Source of the DNA: Candidatus Omnitrophota bacterium
Lineage (GTDB): Bacteria; Omnitrophota; Gorgyraeia; Zapsychrales; Fredricksoniimonadaceae
Length of the DNA stretch: 64,000 nucleotides
Assembly (NCBI GenBank): GCA_044225175.1
Contig: JBGAJA010000004.1
Span: 145,631-209,630, forward strand
Reading direction: 5' to 3'
The position numbers were made by a program, and so were the translations under genes. The notes under the pieces were generated by a model, which was not told where the DNA came from, did no database searches, and was given only the letters and a program-made list of their open reading frames with translations. Shown one piece after another: positions 50,350 through 60,319 of the stretch (position 1 is the stretch's first letter; every line of letters begins with the position of its first letter).

Positions 50350-52947
50350 TTAGAAATTCGCATCATTCGAATAATTATCATAATCCGATGCTCTACACAT
50401 TCCATCACTATCACCTGAAGACATATCCGTACACATACCCCCCTCTTTCACTGGAGGGCCTGGATCATAGATACAAGTCAAGCATTTCCAATCAGTCCAA
50501 TGGTCACCAGCCCATGTATTCTCAGGGCATGCATTCATACAATGATTATCATCCACAACTGGATCATAATCACATTTTTCACACTTGGCTTGTTGACAAA
50601 AATCAGCCCTAGTCCCATCTAAAGTTCTACAGCAAGAGTATTTTTCAGGATCTTGGGCAAAATATTGTATACAGTGATTATCATGGCATTCATATATATA
50701 ACAAGGATCCGCAGGGCAATCGGTAGCGACATTACATGTATCTCCAGTATCAGACCCCGTTCCTGTACCTGTTCCTGATCCAGTGGCACTTCCTGTAGAG
50801 GAACCTGTGGAACTACCGGTGGATGAACCTGTCGAACTTCCCGTCGAAGAACCAGTTGAGCTTCCGGTCGATGATCCAGTTGAACTTCCCGTAGATGAGC
50901 CTGTTGAGCTTCCCGTAGATGATCCAGTTGAACTTCCGGTAGATGATCCTGTTGAACTTCCCGTAGATGAGCCTGTTGAACTTCCGGTAGATGATCCAGT
51001 TGAACTTCCCGTAGATGAGCCTGTTGAACTTCCGGTAGATGATCCAGTTGAACTTCCCGTAGATGAGCCTGTTGAGCTTCCAGTAGATGAGCCAGTTGAA
51101 CTTCCCGTAGATGAGCCTGTTGAGCTTCCGGTCGATGATCCAGTTGAACTTCCCGTAGATGAGCCTGTTGAGCTTCCTGTAGATGATCCAGTTGAGCTTC
51201 CAGTAGATGAGCCAGTTGAACTTCCCGTAGATGAGCCTGTTGAGCTTCCTGTAGATGATCCAGTTGAGCTTCCCGTAGATGATCCAGTTGAACTTCCGGT
51301 AGATGATCCAGTCGAGCTTCCCGTAGATGATCCAGTCGAACTTCCAGTCGATGATCCAGTTGAACTTCCGGTAGATGATCCAGTTGAACTTCCGGTAGAT
51401 GATCCAGTTGAACTTCCGGTAGATGATCCAGTTGAACTTCCAGTCGAGGAACCAGTCGAACTTCCAGTCGATGATCCTGTCGCAGTTCCTGAACCACAAG
51501 GTGTGCATTGATGAAGAACACAGCAGAAGTCATCTGCACAGTCTCCTTCATCTATACAAGATTCCTCACCATCACCAGTTGAGCCGCTGTCAGACATATT
51601 TCCCGTGGAACTACCGGTAGATGATCCTGTCGAACTTCCCGTCGAGGAACCAGTTGAGCTGCCTGTAGAGGAACCCGTCGAACTTCCCGTTGAAGAGCCG
51701 GTTGAGCTACCCGTAGATGATCCGGTAGAACTTCCTGTCGAAGATCCAGTTGAACTTCCGGTGGATGATCCTGTCGAACTACCAGTCGATGATCCTGTTG
51801 AACTACCAGTCGATGATCCTGTCGAACTTCCCGTCGAGGAACCAGTTGAACTACCTGTAGAAGAACCGGTTGAACTTCCTGTTGAGGAACCGGTTGAGCT
51901 TCCAGTGGCTGAACCGTCTGAATCATCCGTAGAACTGCCCGTTGATGATCCCGTTGAATCCCCCGTAGACGTACCCGTTGATGATCCCGTCGAACTTCCC
52001 GTCGAGGAACCAGTTGAACTGCCAGTAGATGAACCAGTTGAACTTCCCGTAGATGATCCTGTTGAGCTACCCGTAGATGATCCCGTTGAACTTCCCGTGG
52101 ATGATCCGGTTGAACTTCCCGTAGATGATCCCGTTGAACTTCCCGTAGATGAACCTGTTGAACTTCCTGTGGGTGAACCTGTTGAACTTCCTGTGGAGGA
52201 ACCTGTTGATGTACCAGTCGAACTTCCCGTAGATGATCCCGTTGAACTTCCGGTCGATGATCCTGTTGAACTTCCGGTCGATGATCCTGTCGAACTACCT
52301 GTCGATGAACCTGTTGAGCTACCCGTAGATGATCCCGTTGAACTTCCAGTTGATGAACCAGTCGAACTTCCCGTCGAGGAACCAGTCGAACTTCCAGTTC
52401 CTGTTCCAGTACCGGTTCCAGTTCCCCCTCCACTATCAGCTGGCATTCCACACGTATAAAGAAGTGAGGTAAACGATCCTGGGCAAGTCGCACCAGGCAC
52501 CCCTCCTCGACAATAAGGATTGGGCGGGATAGCAGCATCATTCGTATAATAGATTGGGATATTTCCAGGATTAAGCGGTTTATCCAAATCCACAATCATG
52601 GTAAAGCCTCCACCACCCTGTCTTTGAGCAAAACAAACATTGCTATTGGAACTGTTGGTTGGACAGCATCTATAAACCAAACCATTATTTGGCGTAATAT
52701 TTAAATTAAGGCTCTTGTTAATGCCCACAACATCTGCCCCACCTCCGGAAAAAGGATAATATTTTCCATGGGCCTGTTTATAGTTAAGCTGTGAGTTTTT
52801 AATGGCAATCAGATTACGCAGGGCATCTGTAGAAACGGATCGTTCATAAGTTTTGGTGAAATTGACTAAAGCGGAAGAAGCTAAAATACCTAAAACCAAC
52901 ATTGAAACAAGGACTTCAATTGTAGTAAAGGAAGGTGATTTTCTCAT
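50350..52947 (-). CDS. Type IV pilin-like adhesin A with two (STGS)n stalks and Cys-rich domains
   Basis: Class III-like signal MRKSPS|FTTIE plus hydrophobic helix, Cys-containing head, two long STGS arrays, CIDEGDCADDFCCVLHQCTPC spacer, Cys/Asp-rich tip. Confidence 0.8.
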   Translation of the reverse strand: MRKSPSFTTIEVLVSMLVLGILASSALVNFTKTYERSVSTDALRNLIAIKNSQLNYKQAHGKYYPFSGGGADVVGINKSLNLNITPNNGLVYRCCPTNSSNSNVCFAQRQGGGGFTMIVDLDKPLNPGNIPIYYTNDAAIPPNPYCRGGVPGATCPGSFTSLLYTCGMPADSGGGTGTGTGTGTGSSTGSSTGSSTGSSTGSSTGSSTGSSTGSSTGSSTGSSTGSSTGSSTGSSTGSSTGSSTGTSTGSSTGSSTGSPTGSSTGSSTGSSTGSSTGSSTGSSTGSSTGSSTGSSTGSSTGSSTGSSTGSSTGSSTGSSTGSSTGTSTGDSTGSSTGSSTDDSDGSATGSSTGSSTGSSTGSSTGSSTGSSTGSSTGSSTGSSTGSSTGSSTGSSTGSSTGSSTGSSTGSSTGSSTGSSTGSSTGSSTGSSTGSSTGSSTGSSTGSSTGNMSDSGSTGDGEESCIDEGDCADDFCCVLHQCTPCGSGTATGSSTGSSTGSSTGSSTGSSTGSSTGSSTGSSTGSSTGSSTGSSTGSSTGSSTGSSTGSSTGSSTGSSTGSSTGSSTGSSTGSSTGSSTGSSTGSSTGSSTGSSTGSSTGSSTGSSTGSSTGSSTGSSTGSSTGSSTGSSTGSSTGSSTGSSTGSSTGSSTGSSTGSSTGSSTGSSTGSSTGSSTGSSTGSSTGSSTGSSTGSSTGSSTGSSTGSSTGSSTGSSTGSSTGSATGSGTGTGTGSDTGDTCNVATDCPADPCYIYECHDNHCIQYFAQDPEKYSCCRTLDGTRADFCQQAKCEKCDYDPVVDDNHCMNACPENTWAGDHWTDWKCLTCIYDPGPPVKEGGMCTDMSSGDSDGMCRASDYDNYSNDANF
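50785..51482 (-). repeat. (STGS)n coding tandem repeat, adhesin A distal block
   Basis: 12/24-nt units such as GATGATCCAGTTGAACTTCCGGTA. Confidence 0.9.
51600..52398 (-). repeat. (STGS)n coding tandem repeat, adhesin A proximal block
   Basis: Same unit, with more synonymous variation and a few non-synonymous variants. Confidence 0.9.
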
Positions 52948-52955
52948 GTTTTAAA

Positions 52956-55316
52956 TTATAAACAATAGTTACAACCACTTACACTTGGACAAGAGGGAGC
53001 AGGATCATCCCCCCCTTCAATTAACGTACAGTCACCCCAACCAGCTGCACCAGAGCAACATTTATACACACCTTCATCAACATCAATACACGTAGTTACA
53101 GGTAAATCGCAATTAGGGTCTGCAGTATGTACACAAGATGTTATACAGCATAACTCTGATATGTGAGGAATAATAGCAAAAAAGGCACAATCTCCGGATC
53201 CGCTTCCAGTCCCAGTCCCCGTTCCCGAACCACTTCCGGTCCCTGTACCTGTTCCCGTACCACTACCTGATCCTGTGCCAGTGCCTGTCCCATCTCCTAC
53301 GTTTTGGCACTTGCCTGCATTGCAATACTGAGTTGCTGCATCACAACAGAAATCTGACGTGGTCGCACAACTGTTCGTAGAGCAGCCTCCACAATTATTT
53401 ATGTCTGTATCAGGATTAATATACATACACGTCTGATCAGGCTGACAACAGCCACCTGAACATTCATAACCAGGGTCTCCACAAACTGCTGGATCATCAC
53501 CGGTCCCCGTTCCTGAGCCTGTTCCCGTCCCGCTTCCTCCATCCCAAGGATCATTTTTACAGTGTCCTGTAATAGCCATATTTTTATTAATTTCAATAAA
53601 TATCAAAGGACTTGTGCTTACGTAATCCCCCGTCCATGTAACGAACCTAGCCCATGGTTTAGCCAGGACTGCAATAATATCTCCAAAATTATAGGATGAC
53701 TGTCCATGACTACTATTGCCATTGACAGCTATAACAGAAGCAAAATCACAATTATCATTATTGACAATCAAAGAATAATTGCTTCCAGTAGCAGTACCTG
53801 TCGAACTCCCCGTCGAGGAACCAGTCGAACTGCCTGTAGATGAGCCCGTTGAACTGCCTGTCGATGATCCTGTTGAACTGCCAGTAGATGATCCTGTTGA
53901 GCTTCCGGTAGATGAACCTGTTGAGCTTCCCGTAGATGACCCAGTTGAACTACCTGTCGATGATCCTGTTGAACTGCCAGTAGATGATCCTGTTGAGCTT
54001 CCGGTAGATGACCCAGTTGAACTACCTGTCGATGATCCTGTCGAACTTCCTGTAGAAGATCCGGTGGCGCTGCCTGTGGATGAACCTGTACCTGATCCGC
54101 AAACAGGGGTACAGAAATGCATGTTACAACAATAATCGTCGTCACAATCATCATCGTCTTCGCAAAACAAATTAGTGTTTGTGGAACCACTTTCATTGTG
54201 ATTTCCAGTTGCTGATCCTGTAGAACTTCCAGTCGAAGACCCTGTTGAACTGCCTGTAGATGACCCGGTTGAGCTTCCCGTAGATGACCCAGTTGAACTG
54301 CCTGTAGATGACCCGGTTGAGCTTCCCGTAGATGACCCAGTTGAACTGCCTGTAGATGACCCGGTTGAGCTTCCCGTAGATGACCCAGTCGAACTGCCTG
54401 TAGATGACCCGGTTGAGCTTCCCGTAGATGACCCAGTTGAACTGCCTGTAGATGACCCGGTTGAGCTTCCCGTAGATGACCCGGTTGAGCTTCCCGTAGA
54501 TGACCCGGTTGAGCTCCCCGTAGATGACCCAGTCGAACTGCCTGTAGATGACCCAGTTGAACTGCCTGTAGATGACCCAGTTGAACTGCCTGTAGATGAC
54601 CCGGTTGAGCTTCCCGTAGATGACCCAGTTGAACTGCCTGTAGATGAGCCGGTGGAACTTCCAGTGGATGAGCCTGTAGAACTTCCGGTTGATGACCCTG
54701 TCGAACTACCCGTCGAAGATCCTGTTGAACTGCCTGTGGATGAACCAGTCGAACTACCTGTAGATGACCCGGTTGAACTTCCCGTTCCAGTTCCAGTCCC
54801 TGTTCCACCCCCTCCAGCAGGCATTCCACAAGTATAGACAGAGGTAATATAATTCCCAGGACAAACCGCCCCACTCTGTCCCCCTCGGCAATAGGGATTA
54901 TGAGTCCCATCAAAATACACAGGCACATTTCCAGGATTAAGAGGAGCATCCAGGTCCAAAATCATACTAAAAGCCCCAACTCCTTGCCTCTGGGCGTAAC
55001 ACACATTATTATTAGCACTGTTCGAGGGACAACATTTATATTTTAATCCATTACTGGGTGTAATGTTTAATCCAAGGTTTTTATTAATATCCGCGATACT
55101 CGCATCTGCTGATCCAGAAGAAGAATAATATTTTCCATGAGACTGCAAATAGCTAAGCTGAGCGCTCTTAATGGCCATTAAATTATGCATAGCATCACGG
55201 CCAACAGTTTTTTCAAATGTTCTTAGGAAGTTAGGAAGGGCAATAGAGACCAAAATCCCTAAAATAAGGATTGTTATGAGGATTTCAATGATGGTAAAAG
55301 AAGGTGTTCTTTTCAT
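52956..55316 (-). CDS. Type IV pilin-like adhesin B with (STGS)n stalks, InlB-B/Flg_new-like repeat and Cys-rich tip
   Basis: MKRTPS|FTIIEIL..ALPNF. Head paralogous to adhesin A. YNFGDIIAVLAKP..FVTWTGD..INKNMAIT repeat, GT linkers, DINNCGGC. Confidence 0.8.
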   Translation of the reverse strand: MKRTPSFTIIEILITILILGILVSIALPNFLRTFEKTVGRDAMHNLMAIKSAQLSYLQSHGKYYSSSGSADASIADINKNLGLNITPSNGLKYKCCPSNSANNNVCYAQRQGVGAFSMILDLDAPLNPGNVPVYFDGTHNPYCRGGQSGAVCPGNYITSVYTCGMPAGGGGTGTGTGTGSSTGSSTGSSTGSSTGSSTGSSTGSSTGSSTGSSTGSSTGSSTGSSTGSSTGSSTGSSTGSSTGSSTGSSTGSSTGSSTGSSTGSSTGSSTGSSTGSSTGSSTGSSTGSSTGSSTGSSTGSSTGSSTGSSTGSSTGSSTGSSTGSSTGSSTGSSTGSSTGSSTGSSTGSSTGSSTGSSTGSSTGSSTGSATGNHNESGSTNTNLFCEDDDDCDDDYCCNMHFCTPVCGSGTGSSTGSATGSSTGSSTGSSTGSSTGSSTGSSTGSSTGSSTGSSTGSSTGSSTGSSTGSSTGSSTGSSTGSSTGSSTGSSTGSSTGSSTGSSTGSSTGTATGSNYSLIVNNDNCDFASVIAVNGNSSHGQSSYNFGDIIAVLAKPWARFVTWTGDYVSTSPLIFIEINKNMAITGHCKNDPWDGGSGTGTGSGTGTGDDPAVCGDPGYECSGGCCQPDQTCMYINPDTDINNCGGCSTNSCATTSDFCCDAATQYCNAGKCQNVGDGTGTGTGSGSGTGTGTGTGSGSGTGTGTGSGSGDCAFFAIIPHISELCCITSCVHTADPNCDLPVTTCIDVDEGVYKCCSGAAGWGDCTLIEGGDDPAPSCPSVSGCNYCL
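53785..54092 (-). repeat. (STGS)n coding tandem repeat, adhesin B distal block
   Basis: 12/24-nt repeat units. Confidence 0.9.
54207..54783 (-). repeat. (STGS)n coding tandem repeat, adhesin B proximal block
   Basis: Contains highly homogeneous 24/48-nt units (GACCCGGTTGAGCTTCCCGTAGATGACCCAGTTGAACTGCCTGTAGAT). Confidence 0.9.
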
Positions 55317-55437
55317 AATTCTTATTTAAAGTATACCCTAAATTTTCAAATTAGACATATAAAATACTGCCTTGCTTGGGGATTTAATTTTCTTTTCTTG
55401 TTTTTTGAAATTAAGTTTTTATAATTAAAATCACTCT

Positions 55438-56589
55438 ATGTTTAATGAGAATGATCCCCTTAATTTTTCCCAAAAATCCCCTGAAAATACAGGCCATGGC
55501 CTTCCCAATATCCTTGTTCCTAAGCAAATTACAACCGCAACTCCTTTAGAAGAAATCCTGGCTTTTGCACGAAAAGAAAATGCCAGCGATGTCCATATAG
55601 TCCCTAATAACCCCGTTATTTTTAGAAAATTTGGCCATCTTGTCAATATGACAACTGATGTCCTGTCAGACAAACAAATCCGTTATATGTTAATTAAATG
55701 CCTGCCTACCAAAGTTATCGAAACATTTGATACAACAGGCGACATAGAATATGTTCATACAATTACAGGATACGGTCGTTTTCGCATGACCATTGTAAAA
55801 CAGCGCTTAGGATGGGAGTTAACGGCCCGTTTAATCGTATTGGAGATTCCTAGATTCGCCGCTTCTGGAATGCCCACCCCTTGTACAAGCTTAATCAAAT
55901 GGAGCCAAGGTATTGTATTAATTACAGGACCTGCAGGGGCTGGTAAAACTACGACCTTGGCAACATTGGTTGAAATGATTAACCAGCGTCGCTATGACCA
56001 TATTATTACCCTTGAACAACCCATTGAAATTCTCTATGAACCTGAAAATTGTCAGATTTCCCAAAGGGAGATTTTTCTTCATACGGCCTCACAGGAAAGC
56101 GCCTTGCGCTCTGCCCTACGCGAAGATCCTGATGTCATTGTCGTTGGGGAATTGAAAGACTTAGTTACCACTCAACTTGCTATTATGGCTGCAGAAACCG
56201 GCCACCTAGTATTAGCTACCATGAATACGGTCAATGCTGTCCAAACTATTTCGAGACTTGTAGAGTCCTTCCCTTCCGACGAACAATCAGTTATTCGTAA
56301 TTTAGTATCGGAATCACTGCGAGGGGTTATCTGCCAGCAGTTAGTCCCTAAGAAAAATGGCACCGGTGTCGTTTGTGCTTATGAAATATTATTTAATACA
56401 GTTTCCGTGGCCAATCATATTCGGAAAGGTACAATTGGACAAATTGAGAATGTTATCATAACTAGCAAGGGACTAGGGATGTCTTTGATGAGCCACTCTC
56501 TGCAAAATCTTGTTGCAACGGGAGTTATTGCCGCAGATGAAGCTCGAGAGAGAATCGCTGAAATTGAATCACAAACTAATAAGAATTAA
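55438..56589 (+). CDS. pilT: PilT/PilU-family retraction ATPase, paralogue 1
   Basis: ASDVHI, GRFR, GPAGAGKTTT, EQPIE, SALREDPDVIVVGE, AAETGHLVLATMNT. Confidence 0.88.
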   Translation: MFNENDPLNFSQKSPENTGHGLPNILVPKQITTATPLEEILAFARKENASDVHIVPNNPVIFRKFGHLVNMTTDVLSDKQIRYMLIKCLPTKVIETFDTTGDIEYVHTITGYGRFRMTIVKQRLGWELTARLIVLEIPRFAASGMPTPCTSLIKWSQGIVLITGPAGAGKTTTLATLVEMINQRRYDHIITLEQPIEILYEPENCQISQREIFLHTASQESALRSALREDPDVIVVGELKDLVTTQLAIMAAETGHLVLATMNTVNAVQTISRLVESFPSDEQSVIRNLVSESLRGVICQQLVPKKNGTGVVCAYEILFNTVSVANHIRKGTIGQIENVIITSKGLGMSLMSHSLQNLVATGVIAADEARERIAEIESQTNKN

Positions 56590-56591
56590 TT

Positions 56592-57635
56592 ATGGCTGGA
56601 ATAGACTACTTTTTTAATATTTTAATTAATAAAAATGGCTCGGATTTGCACCTGGAAGAGGGACAAAAGCCCAAAATCCGTCTTCACGGTCAAATGACTG
56701 AAATCGACAATCAGATTCTAACTAGACAGAATATGATTGAATTGATTGCTAATATTGTCACTAGGAAAGACTGGAGTCATTTTGAAAATAAAGGTGACCT
56801 GGACTTTGCTTATGCTTTTGGAAACCAAGCCCGTTTCAGAGGAAATTTTTATCGACATGTGAAAGGTCTAGGAGCAGTTTTCCGCCTAGTCCCTTCTCGC
56901 ATATTTTCCATGGAAGAACTTGGTCTTCCTGAATGTGTAATTCAATTTCCAAAATGGCGCTCAGGCTTAATTCTTATTACAGGATCAACCGGAAGTGGTA
57001 AATCCACGACATTAGCAACAATCATTGATTATATTAATCAAAATTATGCTTATAAAATCGTAACTATTGAAGATCCTATTGAATTTACTCATCCTAGAAA
57101 AAAATCCATTATATCTCATCGTGAGGTAGGCCATGATACAGCATCCTTCGCCAGTGGTTTACGTGCTGCCATTAAAAGCGATGCAAATATCATTATGGTT
57201 GGTGAAATGCGTGACATAGAAACCATGGAACTAGCATTGAATGCCAGTGAAATGGGTATTTTAGTATTTAGCACTCTGCATACGAGTTCAGCGACTAAGA
57301 CTATTGATCGCATTCTGGATACTTTTCCTAATAATCGAAAAAATCAAATCCGATCCATCTTGGCTAATAATCTTAAAGCAATTCTCACTCAGCAGTTAAT
57401 TCCAAGCATCGACTTAAGCTGCCGATATGCTGCGTTTGAGATTCTCCTTAGAACTCAAGGACTAGCTCATATTATCCAGTCTGGGGAGACCTTCCGTTTA
57501 AACAGCGAAATTCAAACCAATCGCTTTCAAGGAATGGTCCTTATGGATGACTCATTATTAGATTTAGTTCGATCTGGAAAGATCAGCAAAGAAATGGCTC
57601 ATTTAAGAGCAGTTGATAAACAGAAATTTATGTGA
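56592..57635 (+). CDS. pilT: PilT/PilU-family retraction ATPase, paralogue 2
   Basis: [47 protein letters not shown]. Confidence 0.88.
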   Translation: MAGIDYFFNILINKNGSDLHLEEGQKPKIRLHGQMTEIDNQILTRQNMIELIANIVTRKDWSHFENKGDLDFAYAFGNQARFRGNFYRHVKGLGAVFRLVPSRIFSMEELGLPECVIQFPKWRSGLILITGSTGSGKSTTLATIIDYINQNYAYKIVTIEDPIEFTHPRKKSIISHREVGHDTASFASGLRAAIKSDANIIMVGEMRDIETMELALNASEMGILVFSTLHTSSATKTIDRILDTFPNNRKNQIRSILANNLKAILTQQLIPSIDLSCRYAAFEILLRTQGLAHIIQSGETFRLNSEIQTNRFQGMVLMDDSLLDLVRSGKISKEMAHLRAVDKQKFM

Positions 57636-59244
57636 GACTTGGACCCGCCTTAACCAAATCTTTTCCCTGTGGTGTATCTGTAAAAATCTCAAAGTTCTCA
57701 ATAAACATTGCCCCTAATTTTCGAGCAGCAGCATCATAATCATTTTTGTCAGACCACAGATGACGAGGATTAAGAATATTAGAGTCCATCCCATTAACCT
57801 TCTTTGGAATTTGAAGGTTAAAAATGGGCAATGTTTCAAACTCAGCTTTGTCCAGAGAACCATCTAGAATAGCGTCGATAGCTAAACGATTGTCTTTTAA
57901 AGCAATGCGATGCCCCACGCCATATGGTCCTGCAATCCAGCCCGTATTCAATAAATATGCAGACGCTTGATGCTCTTGCATCTTTCGGGCCAAGATTTGA
58001 GCATATTGGGTCGGATGAACTAATAAAAAAGCTTTTCCAAAACATGCGGAGAACGTTGCTGTTGGTTCTTTGACTCCTAATTCTGTGCCAGCAACCTTGG
58101 CTGTATAACCACTTAAGTAATGATACATAGCCTGTTCTTTTGATAATTTAGAAACAGGCGGCAAAACACCATAAGCATCACAGGCTAAAAAAATAATCTT
58201 GGAAGGATGCCCCCCCTTAGAAATAGGCTTTACTATGTTTTCAATATGATTAATAGCATAAGAAACACGGGTATTCTCAGTCTTTTGCTTGGATGAGAAA
58301 TCTACATTTCCTTCTTTATCTACAACACAATTCTCTAATAAAGCATTTCGACGGATCGCTTGATAAATCTCCGGTTCACGCTCTTTGGTAAGGTCTATAC
58401 ATTTGGCATAACAGCCGCCTTCAAAATTAAAAACACCTTGCTCATCCCATCCATGTTCATCATCACCAATCAATGCACGCTTGGGGTCCGTCGATAAAGT
58501 TGTCTTTCCTGTTCCAGATAATCCAAAGAATAAAGCTGTATCTCCATTTTGACCTTGATTTGCAGAACAATGAAAAGCACCAATCCCCTTTAATGGAAGG
58601 AAATAATTCATGATCGAGAAAATACCTTTTTTGATTTCCCCCCCATACCAAGTGCCTCCAATAACCGTCATTCTCTGGGTCATATTAAATGCAATGTAAA
58701 CTTCTGAATGAAGATTCCACTTTTGATAATCTTTACAACTTGTCTTGCAGGCATTAAGAATGGTCCAGTCTGGCTTAAAATTTTTGATCTCTTCCTCGCT
58801 TGGAACGATAAACATATTCTTAAAAAAATGGGCCATCCACGCAACCTCAGTCACCAAACGGACCGATATTCGCGTATCCTTATTTGCACCGCAAAAACCA
58901 TCCATCACATAAAGTTTTTTACCATTAAGCTGTTCAATGGATATATTTTTTAAGTGGTCCCACGTCTGAGAAGAAATGGGTTTATTATCAGAACCACTGG
59001 CTAAACCATTGGCCCACCAGACTGTATTTTTAGTCTGCTCATCTTCGACGATGTATTTATCTTTAGGAGATCGCCCCGTAAACTTTCCCGTATCCACATT
59101 GACTGCTCCCAATGTAGTAAGGACAGCTTTTTCATACCCCACTAAATTAGGGTTAGTTTCATGCACAAAAAGATCTTCAAATGAAAGGTTATAAAATACT
59201 TGGTCAGGCTGTATAGACAAATCTTTTAGAGCTAGATTTTCCAT
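57628..59244 (-). CDS. pckA: Phosphoenolpyruvate carboxykinase (ATP)
   Basis: [52 protein letters not shown]. Confidence 0.97.
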   Translation of the reverse strand: MENLALKDLSIQPDQVFYNLSFEDLFVHETNPNLVGYEKAVLTTLGAVNVDTGKFTGRSPKDKYIVEDEQTKNTVWWANGLASGSDNKPISSQTWDHLKNISIEQLNGKKLYVMDGFCGANKDTRISVRLVTEVAWMAHFFKNMFIVPSEEEIKNFKPDWTILNACKTSCKDYQKWNLHSEVYIAFNMTQRMTVIGGTWYGGEIKKGIFSIMNYFLPLKGIGAFHCSANQGQNGDTALFFGLSGTGKTTLSTDPKRALIGDDEHGWDEQGVFNFEGGCYAKCIDLTKEREPEIYQAIRRNALLENCVVDKEGNVDFSSKQKTENTRVSYAINHIENIVKPISKGGHPSKIIFLACDAYGVLPPVSKLSKEQAMYHYLSGYTAKVAGTELGVKEPTATFSACFGKAFLLVHPTQYAQILARKMQEHQASAYLLNTGWIAGPYGVGHRIALKDNRLAIDAILDGSLDKAEFETLPIFNLQIPKKVNGMDSNILNPRHLWSDKNDYDAAARKLGAMFIENFEIFTDTPQGKDLVKAGPSLT

Positions 59245-59251
59245 TGGGCTT

Positions 59252-59629
59252 TTAGGAGGATTTCTTAGGAGAATTAATGTGCTTATTGATTGCTGCTAAC
59301 AATATTTCCGGCTTGAAAGGTTTAACAATATATTCCTTAACGCCTTCTACTTTAAAAATTTCAGCCATTCCTTCTTTTGAAGTTAAAACAATGATGGGTA
59401 TAGAAGAACCTTGAGGGACTTTTTTTAATTCAAAAACAAATGTATACCCATTCATTTTTGGCATTTGCACATCTAATACAATCAAATCGGGCGATTGTTT
59501 CTTTATTTCATCTATGCCTTCTTGGCCATCAACAGCTACATGGACTTCATAATCTTGGGATTCTAGAAATGGTTTAACAACTTTTATCAACGTTGGGTCA
59601 TCATCAATCACTAAAATTTTCTTAGACAT
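59252..59629 (-). CDS. Single-domain response regulator
   Basis: IDDD..LDVQMP..LTS..KPF. Confidence 0.92.
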   Translation of the reverse strand: MSKKILVIDDDPTLIKVVKPFLESQDYEVHVAVDGQEGIDEIKKQSPDLIVLDVQMPKMNGYTFVFELKKVPQGSSIPIIVLTSKEGMAEIFKVEGVKEYIVKPFKPEILLAAINKHINSPKKSS

Positions 59630-59649
59630 AATAAACTCTCCTTGATCTA

Positions 59650-60309
59650 TTATTCGTCTTCAGAGACCTTAGGCAAAGGACTCATCAGCATTTCAACAAC
59701 CATTCTCTTCTTGTCATCAATCTCAAAACTAATTTCAAATTTATCAGTCTGATCTTTACTATATTCCACCCCATCTAATACCGAATTGATAGCCGTTCTA
59801 AAATGAGACATTTCTAAATCAGCGTAACCTAAGCGTGCTAATTCTTTTTTGAAATATCCTGCAATTAAATTAGATATCGCTCCGATCCCATCTAATACCT
59901 CATCATCATCGTCGTAATCAATATAAGGATATTTAAAAAGCCTGAGCATTTCCGGCACAAAAGTTCTTTCAATGTAAACAATGATCAAACCGATTGGCTC
60001 ATTATTCTTTAAAGCAGCATTGTCTTTATAATAATGAATGACTGATAGGAAGGTTGTGGTATTAAATTTCTCCATCGCATCAATGCGCATGCGATTGACA
60101 AATTGAATGATAGCCCGTTTTTCAATGGTTGGTTCTGAAGAAAACTTTTGCTCAGATTTTTCATAAAAAACTTTTTTAACAGCAGCAGCTAAAGCAAGGG
60201 CCATTGTAAAAAGTGGTTCACTATAATCCCCCCTGACCTTTGGCCGATTGCTTAAGTTCTCATGGGCAATTTGTCTAAATTGTGGAAGTTCGGGAACAGG
60301 TTGTGCCAT
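59650..60309 (-). CDS. CheX-like protein
   Basis: DDEVLDGIGAISNLIAG helix resembles the CheX (D/S)AxGExxNxIAG motif. Flanked by two REC genes. Confidence 0.6.
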   Translation of the reverse strand: MAQPVPELPQFRQIAHENLSNRPKVRGDYSEPLFTMALALAAAVKKVFYEKSEQKFSSEPTIEKRAIIQFVNRMRIDAMEKFNTTTFLSVIHYYKDNAALKNNEPIGLIIVYIERTFVPEMLRLFKYPYIDYDDDDEVLDGIGAISNLIAGYFKKELARLGYADLEMSHFRTAINSVLDGVEYSKDQTDKFEISFEIDDKKRMVVEMLMSPLPKVSEDE

Positions 60310-60319
60310 TAATAAATGA

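Noticed and set aside
50785-54783. Repeat arrays as CRISPR or DGR template/variable repeats
   Set aside because: No unique spacers, no cas or reverse-transcriptase gene, and no adenine-specific variation. They are coding tandem repeats.
50783-54837. Plus-strand (PVELPVDD)n ORFs and alternative minus-frame (EVQLDHLR)n / (KFNWIIYR)n ORFs
   Set aside because: Shadows of the stop-free STGS repeat. Variation is synonymous only in the STGS frame, and these ORFs have no unique flanking domains.
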